A DNA stretch of 64,000 nucleotides from Octopus vulgaris. Taxonomy: Eukaryota. Made by a program: the position numbers and the translations under genes. Under the pieces are notes generated by a model. That model worked only from the letters and a program-made list of their open reading frames with translations. It did not search any database and was not told the origin of the DNA. The stretch lies in contig OX597819.1 of the NCBI GenBank assembly GCA_951406725.2, forward strand, positions 24,676,001 to 24,740,000, written 5' to 3'. Of this stretch, positions 44,190 to 57,840 are shown in pieces (positions within the stretch are counted from its first letter, which is position 1; every line of letters starts with the position of its first letter).

Positions 44190-44588
44190 TAGGCGCAGGT
44201 GTGGCTGTGTAGCAAGAAGCTTGCTTCCCAACAACATGGTTCCAGATTCAGTCCCACTACTTGGCATCTTGGTCAACTGTCGTCTGCTATGGCCCCGAAC
44301 CGACCTAAGACTTGTGAGCGAATTTGGTAGACAGAAACTGAAAGAATCCCGTCGTATATATATATATATATATATTGTGATCTCTTGAGCACCACCAGCA
44401 AAAATATTTTTTTCCTCTGTCTTCCCTTCTCAGGATCTTTCCTTCTCCTTGTTTCCGACGAAGAGCTCCGCTCGAAACGTTAAACCCTCCTTCCCTTCTT
44501 TCCTGAGCGTCAAATAACACTTTAATTGTTCCACGTCCTCGCGTTGCTGTATTTTTTTCTGTTTTTTTCTGTGTTTTCTTGTTTGGAT

Positions 44589-44642
<54 letters not shown>

Positions 44643-44855
44643 TGTGTATCCTTGTGTCTCTGTTTTCCCCCACCCCACCCCACCTCATCACTTGACAACC
44701 AGCGTTGGTGTGTTTACATCCCTGTAACTTAGCGGTTCGGCAGAAGAGACCGATAGGTAAGTACCAGGCTTACAAAGAATAAGTGCAACGGTCGATTTCT
44801 TCGACTAGAAGGTAGTGCTCCAGCATGACCCCAGTCAAATGACTGAAACAAGTAG
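44190..44855 (+). mobile_element. SINE family A with an insertion in its internal (TA)n
   Basis: Head 44190-44355, foreign segment 44376-44593, body and tail 44640-44855. Confidence 0.85.
44376..44593 (+). mobile_element. Short (TA)n-embedded element with a hammerhead motif (probable Penelope terminal repeat); relatives at 5280-5345, 24945-25005 and 51895-52045
   Basis: GTTT-CCGACGA-AGAGC-TCC-GCTC-GAAAC-GTT-AAAC at 44451-44485; the 3' end TTGTTCCACGTCCTCGCGTTGCTGT...GTTTGGATTAACTA is shared with 5286-5345. Confidence 0.7.
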
Positions 44856-44934
44856 ACACTAAGGTGTAGACGCTATGACCGTAGTAGTGAAAAGCCGAAC
44901 GCTGGTATCTCAGTATGACAAAAGAAAGGAAAAG

Positions 44935-44979
<45 letters not shown>

Positions 44980-45240
44980 AATGAAGGATAAAATTTCCTT
45001 CGAAAAAAATATTCTTTTCCCAAAAAAAAAATAAAAATCTTATCAATGGCCAGCATATCAAAAAATACCTTTAAAGGTTAAATCTATAAACAATTCATAA
45101 TTAACGGCAAATGAAAAAATTTCTAATGCCAGATATGCCGAAAAATTGAACATATTGTCCATTAACCATATAATTTTTTCACAATATGCACGCTACTCGA
45201 AAAAAGGTCGACAGAAATTTCTAAAACATTCCATTATTAC

Positions 45241-45297
45241 CATATCGGACCGATTTCAGGGTTAGCTTATAACAGCCCTCCCTTCGTCAGTGATACA
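45241..45297 (-). ncRNA. Minimal type I hammerhead ribozyme motif
   Basis: Minus strand GTATCA-CTGACGA-AGGG...CCCT-GAAA-TCGG-TC-CGATAT: intact core, 4-bp stem II, stem I with 5 of 6 pairs. Confidence 0.7.
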
Positions 45298-45346
45298 TGT
45301 GGCAAAAAGAAATAAATGAGATACTTACTCATACCCATGTATAATG

Positions 45347-46500
45347 TTAGGTTGGCAACTAAGTTCCCGCCGTTTTTTAAAATTTAAACTTTTTAAAAGG
45401 TTTAATAAAAAAGAGCAACTAATTAATCAATAATGTATTCACCCTTGTTGTTTACCACTTCTTCCCAACGTTCAATAAGATTTTCAATACCTCATTGGTA
45501 GAAATCACCCGATTTCAACTCGAAAAATTGATCCAACCAAGCTCTCAATTCTGCATCAGTATTGAACGAAACTCCGCGCATATCATTTAAAAGAGATCGA
45601 AAGAGGTGGAAATCCGTTGGTTCCAAATCAGAAGAGTACGGCAAGTGTGGCAGCCCTTCCCAGCCATGCGTTTGAATAGCATCCTTGGTCATATTGGCGA
45701 TATGTGGGCGGGCGTTGTCGTGCAACAGGAAAACTCCATGCTGACGATTAGGTCTTTTCTCTTGAATAGCCGTGTTGAGTCGCTCCAACTGTTGAACATA
45801 GAGTTCTGCGTTGAACGTTTGGTTCCGTTCAAGCAATTCGTAATGGATAATCCCTTCCTAGTCACACCATACGTACAACATCGTTTTACGCGGATGAAGA
45901 TCTTGTTTCACGCGCGGTGTCGCTTGTTTACCAAGGCTGAGCCATTCCTTACGCTGCTTCATATTAATGTACAGGCACCATTTTTCGTACCCAGTAAGGA
46001 TTCCGTAAAGAAGTCGTTGTTTGTGTCCATGAGTTGAGCGGTGACGCGCAAGCAAACTAGCGGAGATTGCGGCTCGTTGCTTTTTGTTGTTGTCACTTAA
46101 AGCATGCGGAACCCATGCTTCATACTTCTGGACCTTTCCCATCGAGTGAAGATGCTTCTCTATAGCAGTGTGGGAGTATTCCATTTTCTCTGCCAGTTCC
46201 CTTGTCGTTTGACGAGAATTTTCGTGCAAAAGTTGGTTTAATCGCTCTTCATCGAACAAAATTGGACGGCCAGAACGAGGTGCGTCTTTGAGGTAAAAAT
46301 TTCCATTTTTGAGCTTGGCATACCAATCACGAGCGGTTATTACATCTATAGCACCCACTCCATACAAAGCACATATGTCGTGAGCAGCTTTTGCTGCCTT
46401 AGAACCTTGATTAAAAGCAAAAAGAAGGAAGTGTCGAAATGCTCGGTTTTAACTTGACATACCATTTTAAAGATCTGAAAATAAATTTAACTAAAATTAA
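45347..46500 (-). pseudogene. Near full-length mariner transposase relic, one TIR visible
   Basis: LKDAPRSGRP, WVPHALS, ILTGYEKW, LHPRKTMLYVW, LLHDNARPH, PYSSDLEPTDFHLFRSL; TIR-like TTAGGTTGGCAACTAAG at 45347; stops present. Confidence 0.93.
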
Positions 46501-46597
46501 CTAGAAAAAGAAAAAAACAAAACAGATACCAAAATTATTCAAAAATAGAATTCGCGAAAAAAATAAGTTCCGAAATTTAAAAGAAATCAGCGCGGGC

Positions 46598-46651
<54 letters not shown>

Positions 46652-46937
46652 ATATATGTACACATATATATATATGTATATGTATATATATGTATATATA
46701 TATAGTTATATTTCGAGATGGTCGTTTTCAATTTTTCTCTTTCAAAACAAATTCATAACGTATATATATATATATATATATATACATATGTCTGTGTGTA
46801 TGTGCGTGTGTGTTTGTGTTTGTGTGTATACATGTGTATGTATTAATGCACGCATGCAAGTATGCATGTACGCATATTCGCATGTATGCATTCCTGAATG
46901 TATGAATACATATATATACATACATATTATATATATG

Positions 46938-46979
<42 letters not shown>

Positions 46980-47813
46980 TACTTGGAGAAGAGAAACGAC
47001 GCGTGCGTTCGGTGTCTTTTTCTTTCTTTTGTCATATTGTAACACTAGCCTTCGGCTTTTCACACTGCCACGGTCATGGCATCCACACCTCGGTGTGCTA
47101 GAGAGGGAGAGAAAAAGAGGGAGAGAAGAAATAGAGAGACTGGAAAGAAAGAAAGAGATAAAAGAGAAAAATGGAGAGAGAAAATAGAGAAATAGAAAGA
47201 GAGAAAACAGAGAGAGGAAGAAAAGAGAGAGAGGGGGAGAAAGAGAGAGAGAGAGAAGGAAAAATAGATAGAGAGATAGAGATAGAGATAGAGATAGAGA
47301 GACAGAGACACAGAGAGAGAGAGTGAGAGAGAGGGGGGAGAAGTGATGTATGCGAATAGGTCACGCTATCTCCGATATATGATTTACTTAAAAAAATGAT
47401 ATCCCCGTCAAGGAAATTATAAAATATTACTCGTAATTTTTCTTCTTGAAATAATTTCGTTTGGAGTATTCCCAGAATTTAAAATTTTGAAATTTTTAAG
47501 AAATCTAATGCGTTCTCTTTTTTTTTTGCTTTGTTTTTTTGTTGATGTAATGAAGGAGAAAAAATCCGCATGGGAGTTTGTATATACACACATATACAAA
47601 CCCACACACATATGCATGCAGGCATGTGTGTCTGTGTGTATGTGTGAGTGTGTGTGTATGTGTGTGTGTGTATGTGTGAATGTGTGTGTGTATGTGTGTG
47701 TGTATGTGTGTGTGTGTGTGAATGTGTGTGTGAATGTGTGTGTATGTGTGTGTGTGTATGTGTGAATGTGTGTGTATGTGTGTGTGTGTATGTGTGAATG
47801 TGTGTGTATGTGT

Positions 47814-47863
<50 letters not shown>

Positions 47864-47879
47864 ATGTGTGTGTATGTGT

Positions 47880-47948
<69 letters not shown>

Positions 47949-48231
47949 TATGTGAGTGTGTGTGTATGTATGTATGTATGTGTGTGTGTGTGAATGTGTG
48001 TTTGTGTATGTGTGTGTGTGTGTGAATGTGTGTGTGTGTGTGTATGGCTGAGAGAGAGAGAGAATGAGAGAGTGGGGCGGGGTGTGGGCACATTCTGCAC
48101 CTGTGAAACTTTGTGGAGTTAACCTCCTTCTGTTTATAAAATATATACATACATATACATTCTGACAAATTTATACACACACGGATAGATATGTAGATAG
48201 ATAGATAAATAGAGAGAGAGAGAGAGGGGGG

Positions 48232-48398
48232 GCGAAAGACAGACAGACAGGCAGATAGACAGACAGACAGTGATACATAGATATCTGTGTACGTGTGTGT
48301 GCACGCGTGCGTATGCATGTATGTTTGTGTATGAACGTATGTATGTAACCATATGAGTGAGTGGGCGTGTGAGGGAGAGAAAGAAAGAGAGAGAGAGG

Positions 48399-48441
<43 letters not shown>

Positions 48442-49034
48442 TGTGTGTGTGAGTGCGTGCTCGCGTGCATACGTCTCTGTATTCATATTTATATTTGTAC
48501 ATATTTTCATAAAGAAATATCTTTGCCCATCGCAATTCTATATAGACCAAGTAACAATTTTTCGTACTTCCATGACCCGGTTATAAATTTCGGGAATTTA
48601 TAGATTCATCTTAGCACATAATTACAGTAATGGAGGAAAAATGATTGGAGCAGACAATCAAAATCTCATGGGAAATTCCTTAACATGGACACGACATGGC
48701 TTCAGTACACATGGTCATTAGCGCCGCTTGATTAGGAACACTTTCAGAAATGCGAGTATGCACACCACATATGCTCAAATCCTAGAGAATATTCGAGAGT
48801 GCACGTGTGTAAGCATATGTGCGCGTGTGTGGGTACACGTTTGGGCTTTCATAAATGTAAGTATGGAAGTACATTAGTGACGAATCATTAATAATCGTAA
48901 AGAATAACACTCTGGTGTGATGGTATTTAATTGGTGTGTATGTATATATATATATCTGTGGGCTTGTTTGTGATTGTAGTTCGGTAAATATTCGTATATA
49001 TAAGTGAGTATGTGTACGAACATGCGTGTGTATA

Positions 49035-49077
<43 letters not shown>

Positions 49078-49265
49078 TATATAAACTCACATACACATAT
49101 ATAGAGAGATATATAAATATAAAGATAGATAGATAGAGGGAGAGAGAGCGAAAGACAGACAGACAGGCAGACAGGCAGACAGTGATACATAGATATCTGT
49201 GTACGTGTGTGTGTGCGCGCGTGCGTATGCATGTATGATTGTGTATGAACATATGTATGTAACAC
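48232..49265. repeat. Local direct duplication of about 120 bp (48232-48348 and 49148-49263)
   Basis: Both read GCGAAAGACAGACAGACAGGCAGA...CAGTGATACATAGATATCTGTGTACGTG...GTATGTAAC. Confidence 0.8.
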
Positions 49266-49504
49266 ATATATATAGAGATATAAATATCATATAAATATCG
49301 ATACATGTATGCAGGTATATTTATACGTGTGAGTGTACATATATATCATATGTGTGTGTGTGTATCTATATCTATATGAGATGTGTGTTTATCAAGGCAT
49401 AATAATGAAGAGAATAAAGTTACACATCTTTAAAATTTATTTCATAAAGACAGTTTCTTCGTATTACCTTTCGAACGTGTTTCTGCTGAATATTTGATGA
49501 AATA

Positions 49505-49741
49505 TATTTCTTTACTGCCCACAAGGGGCTAAACATAGAGGGGACAAATAAGGACAGACGAAGGGATTAAGTCGATTACATCGATCCCAGAGCGAAACTG
49601 GTACTTTATTTATCGACCCCGAAAGGATGAAAGGCAAAGTTGACCTCGGCAGAATTTGAACATAGAACGTAGCGACAGACGAAATACTGCTGAGCATTTC
49701 ACCCGGCGTGCTAACGTTTCTGCCAGCTCGCTGCCTTAGCC
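49505..49741 (-). mobile_element. SINE family B, tail type 1
   Basis: TSD TTTGATGAAATA at 49493-49504 and 49742-49753. Confidence 0.93.
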
Positions 49742-49995
49742 TTTGATGAAATAGTTTTGCACCTTTAATTGATTTATATCAGCCTTAAAAGTTGACAATC
49801 CTATTCACCATGCGAAACACCGATGCGAGTGGAGTTCACTTTAGCCACCCTTTTCCATCTCTCATTCATTGAATTACGGCCATGCTGGGGCAACGCTTTG
49901 AAAGGTTTATTCGAATGAATTGAATCCAGTATTTGCTTTATATTAAAGCCTGTTGCCTATTCTTTTGGTTGCTTTACCAATACTGCTAGGTTAAA

Positions 49996-50224
49996 AGTGG
50001 CGAGCTGGCAGAAACGTTAACACACCGGGCGAAATGCTTAGCCGTATTTCGTCTGCCGTTACGTTCCGAGTTCAAATTCCGCCGAGGTCGACTTTGCCTT
50101 TCATCCTTTCGGGGTCGATAAATTAAGTACCAGTTACACACTGGGGTCGATGTAATCGATTTAATCCGTTTGTCTGTCCTTATTTGTCCTCTCTGTGTTT
50201 AGCCCCTTGTGGGTAGTAAACAAA
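49996..50224 (+). mobile_element. SINE family B, tail type 1, inserted in an old minus-strand family A copy (about 49865-50465)
   Basis: GGCGAGCTGGCAGAAACG head; TAGGTTA repeated at 49987 and 50225. Confidence 0.92.
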
Positions 50225-50475
50225 TAGGTTACAAGGACATGAGAAAAAGTAAACTAACACTGGTTTTCAAGTGGTAGTTGGGGATAAAACACAGACACAA
50301 ACACAGACACATATGGCAGGCTTCCTTGCAGTTTCCATCAACCAAGTTCCTCAACAAGACACTGGTCGTCGCGGAACTACATAATAGAAGGCACTTGCGC
50401 AAGATGCTGTAGGACTGAATCCAAAACCATATGGTTGCAAAGCAAATTTCTTAACCACGCAGACATGGTTATATA

Positions 50476-51808
50476 CGAGGGGCACCCAAAAGAAACCGGA
50501 ATTTTGCAATATTATTTCTATTCATTTAGTTTTACATGTTTACACTTTAATCACCTTCAACATATTCTCCATTTGTGGAGGCGCAATGGCCCAGTGGTTA
50601 GGGCAGCGGACTCGCGGTCATAGGATCGCGGTTTCGATTCGCGGTTTCGTTGTGAGTGTTTATTGAGCTAAAACACCTAAAGCTCCACGAGGCTCCGGCA
50701 GGGGATGGTGGTGATCCCTGCTGTACTCTTTCACCACAACTTTCTCTCACTTTTACTTCCTGTTTCTGTTGTACCTGTATTTCAAAGGGCCGGCCTTGTC
50801 ACTCTCTGTGTCACGCTGAATATCCCCGTGAACTACGTTAAGGGTACACGTGTCTGTGGAGTGCTCAGCCACTTACACGTTAATTTCACGAGTTGGTTGT
50901 TCCGTTGATTCGGATCAACCGGAACCCTCGTCGTCGTAACCGACGGAGTGCTTCCACCATTCTCCATTTGAAGCAATGCATCGATCCAGACGCGTTTTCC
51001 ACTATTCGAAGCAGTGCTGGAATTCTTGCAAAGTGATGCCTTTTAACGCCTCCGTAGTTTTTTGGGGATTTTTTCTGTTTTTTTCTCCTCATCTTTTTCA
51101 CATCTGCAAAATTCCGAAGCATCCGATTTCGTCACTAGTGCTGACCTTCGAAAAGAGGTCCAGATCAACTTCCAATTGTTCTTTCAGTTCTCGAAACGCA
51201 TTCAGTCGTGTCTGCTATTGATCTGCCGTGAGCAAGCGAGGCGCAGATTTTGCTGTAACTCTTTTCATTTGCAATTCCTCTCTCAGCATTCGTTGGTTGG
51301 AACCCCAGGATACATCAATCATACCAACAAGTTCGTCAATTGTTCGGTGATGGTCAAACAAGATCAGTTCATGAATTTTCATGAGGTTTTCATTCGTTCG
51401 GAAGGTCGAGGAAGAATGCCCTGAACGAGATTGGTCATCAAGCGACAAGTAACCATTTTTCAAGCGTGAAAACCATTCGTAAACTTGCGTTTTGCTCATG
51501 GCACAACGTCCTTGTAAGCTGTCTGAAGTATGACCACTGTTTCAGCTGCCGTTTTTCGCTGCAGAAAACAGAATTCCACGGAAATACATTGTTCTGTTGT
51601 TGTACCCATCGCAAAAATTTAAAGGAATGGGGAGAAGCACTGCAAAACAAAGATGCACCAGTTAGCAGTACAACAACTTCACTCGACGGTGCTGGTCTGC
51701 TTACTGGTGCCTGAGGGTCGCATCAAGTGGCTTCTGGCGGTAGAAGCCTAAACTACAATGGCCTTGTCCCACAGACGACGTTTCCGGTTAATTATGGGTA
51801 CCTTCTCG
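50476..51808 (-). mobile_element. Internally deleted mariner element containing a SINE C insertion
   Basis: Imperfect TIRs CGAGGGGCACCCAAAAGAAACCGGAA / TTCCGGTTAATTATGGGTACCTTCTCG with TA; transposase N-terminus MSKTQVYEWFSRLKNG..LDDQSRSG...AKSAPRLLT. Confidence 0.88.
50577..50958 (+). mobile_element. SINE family C
   Basis: TSD ATTCTCCATTTG at 50564-50575 and 50959-50970; small internal duplication GCGGTTTCG at the B box. Confidence 0.94.
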
Positions 51809-52611
51809 TATATATGCATCATATACATACATACATACATACATACATACATACATACATACATACATACATACATACATACATACATACATGATAGATC
51901 GCTAGTCACTACACACATTTTTTCTCTCCTTGTTTCTTTCTGTGTTTCTTTCTGTGGAAAAACGTAGGCTCTAAAGCGTTATACTAATATATCTGCTTGT
52001 TTTATACACCACCTGTCTTCGTCTTTTTGGTGAATTCTCCCTATAAATATATATATATATATTTATATATATATTTATGTCATTATTCTTTTCATTTATA
52101 TAAAAACAAGTATTGACTGCTTAAAGAACTCACTAATGTGTAGAATCAGGCATTAATTATAGTATAATTGGCAAAATCTTCAGAGTTTTGACATTTATGT
52201 GTCTTAATCAAACCGTTTGAATACGACACACATTTGGAAAAACTTCGAACTCACTATCAGTAATATTCTAACATATATGTGTGTGCGTATCCGTGTGTGA
52301 GAGTGTGTATGCGCATGTATGTGTGGTGTGTGTGTGTGTGTGTGTGTGTGAGTGAATGAGTGAGTGCGCTTGCGCGTCAGCAGTTTATCCGTACATACAT
52401 ATTTTGCCTTCCGTCTTTGACGATTAAATATATGAACATATTTGTATAAATGGCTGTGTGTGATCATTTCCGCATGTGTCCTTACAAGGGAGAGAGGGGA
52501 AGGAGAAAGGAGGACGAGAGAAGAGGATGAGGAGAGAGGTGGGGGTAAAGGGAGAGATGGAGATGAGAGAATATGGGAGGAGATGGTATGTGTGCATATA
52601 CATACACACAT

Positions 52612-52731
<120 letters not shown>

Positions 52732-52972
52732 ATATAGGTTATATTTAGGTTTAGTGTGTCTGTAGTTCAATAAAAGTAGAATTATGTTAGTCTGCAAAGA
52801 GCAAAATAGGGCGCGAAATCTGGCAATGTGTTTTCATTTTTACATATTATACACACGCATACGCGCACACACATACAGTCACACATTGATACAAACATAT
52901 GCAAGATATATACGCGCGCGGGCGTGTGTGCAAGTATGCATGTATGCATGCATGAATGTGTGTGTATATATA

Positions 52973-53030
<58 letters not shown>

Positions 53031-53050
53031 CATATATGTATATATATATA

Positions 53051-53090
<40 letters not shown>

Positions 53091-53147
53091 TGTATTGCAT
53101 ATCCGTCTATGTGTACTCATAAATATATATTATAATGCACATATGTG

Positions 53148-53300
53148 AAGGCGCATGGCTCACTGGTTAAAGCGTCAGGCTCACACTCACGGAGTAGTGA
53201 GTTCGATTCCCGGACCAGGCAACGTGTTGTGTTCCTGAGCAAGACGCTTTATTTCACGTTGCTCCATTTTACTCAGTTACAGAAATGAGTTGCGACAAGC
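53148..53300 (+). mobile_element. tRNA-headed SINE of a further family; decayed relatives at about 34360-34490 and 63715-63890
   Basis: TGGCTCACTGGTTAAAGCG (A box), GAGTTCGATTCCC (B box), then TGTGTTCCTGAGCAAGACGCTTTATTTCAC (CORE-like). Confidence 0.7.
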
Positions 53301-53399
53301 TATTGCAGCCTTTACCCTTCCAAGGTAATTCATTAGCGATGGAGGTGTCTTTATCTTTTATTATATTAGATTTTATACATATCCGTATATGTGTACATT

Positions 53400-53647
53400 T
53401 TTTTTTGTTTCAGTTATTTGACTGCGGCCATGCTGGATCACCGCCTTTAGATGAACAAATCGACCCCCAGAACTTATTCTTTCTAAACCTAGTACTTATT
53501 CTATCGCACTCTTTTACCGAACCGCTAAGTTACGGAGACATAAACACACCAACATCGGTTGTCATGCGATGGTGGGTTGACAAGCACAGACACACAAACA
53601 TACTCACACACACACAGACACATACACACACACATACGCACACACAA

Positions 53648-53678
<31 letters not shown>

Positions 53679-53845
53679 CGACAGGCTTCTTTTCAGTTTC
53701 CGTCTACCATATCCACTCACAAGTCTTTGGTCAGTCCGAGGCTATAGTAGAAGACACTTGCCCAAGGTACCACGCAATGGGATTAGAACCCGGAACTCTG
53801 TGGTCGGTAAGCAAGCTACTTACCACACAGCTACTCCTGCGCTTA
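53400..53845 (-). mobile_element. SINE family A
   Basis: Reverse-complement tail GACTGCGGCCATGCTGG through head TACCACACAGCTACTCCTGCGC. Confidence 0.9.
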
Positions 53846-54089
53846 TATACATTGCATACATATCCATATTGTCATCACCATCATATAACGTCCGTTCTTC
53901 ATGCTGGCATGGGTTGGTCGGCTTAACTAGAACTGACAATGACAGGGGCTGCACAAAGTTCCATAGTCTGTTATTGTTTGGTTTCCACAACTGGATGTCT
54001 GTCCTTCTTAGTACTGAGTGCACTGGGTGCTTTTTCCGTGGTACGAGCACCAGTGCTTAGGTGGCACAGGCATGCGCACCAATGATTTT

Positions 54090-54445
54090 CACACTGCGGC
54101 CATACTGGGAGACCGCCTTGAAGAATTTTTAGTTCAATGAACTGACGCCAGAATTTATTTATTTGTGAGACTGGTACTTATTCTATCTGTCTCTTTTACC
54201 GAACTGTCAAGTTAAGGAGGCATAAACATACCAACACCGGTTGTTAAGCGATGGTGGTCGACGAACTCAGACGCAAAGACATAAACACAAGCTTCTTTCT
54301 GTTTCCGTCTACCAAATCTACTTACAATGCATTGGTTGGACCGGGGCTACAAACACAAGCCACTTACACAAGGTGCCACGCAGTGGGACTGAACCTCGAA
54401 TCATGTGGTCGGGAAACGAGCTTCTTACCATACAGCTACGCCTGT
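54090..54445 (-). mobile_element. Old SINE family A
   Basis: CTGCGGCCATACTGG...GGTGCCACGCAGTGGGACTGAACC. Confidence 0.75.
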
Positions 54446-55059
54446 ATAAATGTATATTTTTCTTTAATTCCGTCCCCGCCCTTTTCTCTCTCTCTTTTCC
54501 TCTCTCTCTCTCTCTCCTTCACTCACACCATTGTTTTATTCAGACACAATTAATCGTCAGTCTCTTTACTCCTGTATTTTATTACATATCAAGATTTAAA
54601 TTTATTTTATTCATTTATTTTTTTTCTCCACCCGTGGCTATCATTTTTCACCTTCTCCGACACCTTTCTTTGCTGATCTCGACCCACGAGAAGACCTGAA
54701 GAGCAGATAGATTGTCAAGCCAATGGCGGGTTATATTTCTCTTTACTGTCATAAGATCAGTAAGTGTTATACCACACACAAATTATCAGAGCATTTCTTA
54801 ATCACGGACTGCAGCTGGTCCACAGCCGAGCCACGCCCATTACAAAAACTTCAGAACTATCAAATAGCAATCAAATTTTGTTTTACCTCACACTATTAGT
54901 TACTAAAACTTTGGCTCACGTTACGAAATCCAACCACTAAAGACCTTCCTTCGTTACGCAGCATTTTACCTCGTCACTTTTCTCTGAAAATCATTTTGAA
55001 TTTGATCTGTTTAAAACACACACACCAACGCACACAAATATATACACACTTTCTGGCTC

Positions 55060-55440
55060 AGGCATCACACACGCACACACACACACACACACATACACAC
55101 ATACACACAAACAAACAAACAAGCGTGCACACACACGCACACGCACATACGCACAGACACAGTTATACACACATACATATAAACAAACAAGCATGTTCAC
55201 ACACACACACACAAACAAACAAGCATGCTCACGCACATACACAAACAAGCATGCACACACACACACGCACAGACAACAAACAAACAAACAAGAGTGCACA
55301 CACACGCACATACACACACACACAGTTTTATACACACACACATAAACAAACAAGCATGCTCACATACACACATACACACACACAGATACACACACACACA
55401 CACAAACAAAGAAACAACCAATCAAATATGCACACACGCT
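55060..55440. repeat. Degenerate higher-order CA-derived minisatellite
   Basis: Recurrent ACAAACAAGCATG(C/T) units spaced by (CA)n. Confidence 0.7.
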
Positions 55441-55533
55441 ACGCAAAGGTGATTTATTTTCTAATGAGCTGTTAAGTTTCAGTTCAAAATTTTAATGTAA
55501 ATTCAACGGAGCAATCACTAAGTCTATACGCGC

Positions 55534-55590
<57 letters not shown>

Positions 55591-56614
55591 CATGTATGTG
55601 TGTTTGTGTGCGCGTTCTCGCGCGTGCGTGTGTGTTTTGGGCATGGCTCTAAATATCCGAATGAATTTCCATATCACACGCACTCTTGGGAAAGTAATAC
55701 TTATCATATCAACTTTCATTCTTTCGTATCATAAAGAGTTTGCTTTGTTTGTAAAGAATTTCTTAATGAAAATGATCGTTTAGGAGTAAATTTGTTTGCA
55801 GCTCAATGATACTCTGACTATAACCGTTTTGGCCCTTTGTTTTTTATTGTAGTTGTTGTTGATGTTCGGGTTGTTTATGTTGTCATTGCTATACTTGTTT
55901 TTGTCATTGTTTGTTGTTTTGCTCTAGCTCAGCTTGTAATTAAGCTGATAGTTAAGCAAAGACATTCTGTGAATATATAATCTGATGTGCATTTTCTTCT
56001 TTCTTTAAGAGGGTAGGATATGATATTGCTACTATATCTAGGATGCCAATTGCCCACGTGTAGCCCATTCGTCACCTCCGTCGCTACGGTTATAAACATA
56101 TTAAAGTACGAGTGACCTATCACTTGAAGTCAATATTTTTTCTAAGTCACTTTCTATTCTAACTACCTCGATGTTCTATAGTAAATTAATTTTCTGGAAA
56201 TGGTTTCAACATTGTTATACTGTTTTGTTTTTCGTTATTTATAAAAGCGCTAAAGAAATTATTATCTCCCTTGTAAAATCTGCCCTTACTAAGGAAACCA
56301 GATGGACATAAAGAACGATTCTTATAAAGTAGGACCTTAGATGTTTGTACACCATCAGTGACGGTAAAAAGCCCCTGGTAAGTAACCTTCAACTCATAAG
56401 CCAACAACAGTTAAAAAACAATGGGTTTTTTTTAACATTCATGCAAGTTAAACGTTTACTGTTTCACATTATATGCAAAGTTAAAACAAAACATTTTTTT
56501 TTATTCATTATTAATACTAATGTATAACAAACTTACGGTATCATGTTTTTAAAAATTATTGAAGTATTAATGTGAATATTCTAGAGTCTTAAATTATGTT
56601 TTTCTTTTTTTTTA

Positions 56615-56920
56615 TATCCGCGGCGTTCTCGACAGGTTGCGTAGCTCGCAGGGAGATGAAAGAGTTTCCAGGTCGAACTCTTATTTCTATTTCTTCACAT
56701 TGAGAGGTCACAGTTCCGGCACTCTGGACATGTGATTTGAATGTTGTTAGAAAGGATCGCAAGACAAATTCTTCAAGCCGAGCCAATCGGCAGGAGATCT
56801 AGGGATAGACTAAGAATGAGATGGTTACGTAATATCCATAGTTTCATTTGACAGTCTGAATTGTAACGACGGTTGCTTCTGATAGGAACAGTTAGCGGAG
56901 AAGACGGATGGATAGATGGT
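56615..56920 (+). pseudogene. RTE-group LINE 3' fragment
   Basis: HIERSQFRHSGHVI*M..ERIARQILQAEPIGRRSRDRLRMRW resembles QLRWFGHV.RM...GRRPRGRPR.RW; GGAT-type tail. Confidence 0.75.
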
Positions 56921-57457
56921 TGCATGGGTGGATATCTGCGGCGTATCCAGATACTCCTTGCAAGTCGCCATACAAGAACCATTGTTCAACAAGGATATAC
57001 TGGCTAACTGAGGATCGATTGAACGAGCTCATATATAGGGGTCCGTGCCAATCCACTAGAGAATTGACCCATCAGAAGTGAAGCTCTCGTGATATCGTCA
57101 CACATCACCTTCACTCAATAAGTAAGCTCCAAATGTTCGAAATTGTGACACAACATGTAAAAATACGAGAAGCGATATTATCAACTTCCCCCTTATCCAA
57201 ATTGGGAGGCCTTGTGTCTAAATTAAAATAAAAAATTTAGTGCTGTTGCTTAACTAAATGCGAAACTTTTGAATTTATTGAGCCTTCCTTATTACCAATA
57301 ACACTTGATAATATTTCGTTGGCCCTTCTTTTAGCTGAATTAGCCTCCGAGCTTTAATCTCTGGGGAAAACAAAAACGTTTCATGTCGGGGATGTCAACC
57401 ATCTCTCCCAGTCGCAATCAAATTATTCTGTTTTAGAAACAACATTTTATTTATGAA

Positions 57458-57840
57458 CTAGCAGTATCGCCCGGCGTTGCTCAGGTTCGTAAGGGAAATA
57501 ACTATAAAGCATTTTTAGAGAGTTATAGCCAAAAAATAGCAAAAAATGGAAAAAAATTATGGTAAATTTTTTTTGAGAGTTAAAAAAGGTGGAGTTGCGT
57601 CCCCATGACAGTCTGTGGTTTGTGTTTCTGATTCTCGACCCCATGTCGAATTTATCGATTTTTTTCAGAACTGGGGGAACCTTTCAAAATTTTCGCTGCG
57701 TTAGTTTTGAATTATGACATTGGGCTATGTGTGTGTCAAGTTTCATCAGAATCGGTTGAAAGCCGTGGTCAGGGTGAGGGTACAACCTGACAGACACACA
57801 GAAATACACACAGACAAACTGCCGTTTATATAGAGAGAGA
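57458..57840 (-). mobile_element. Non-autonomous Helitron sharing the 3' end of 17650/21561 but with a different body
   Basis: CTAGCAGTATCGCCCGGCGTTGCTC...; about 115 bp match 21561, then diverge; 5' TC at 57840, A/T insertion site. Confidence 0.85.

Noticed and set aside
45492-46367. Domesticated or active mariner (SETMAR-like) gene
   Set aside because: Interrupted by stops, first catalytic Asp altered (TGYEKW), no SET domain, one TIR missing.
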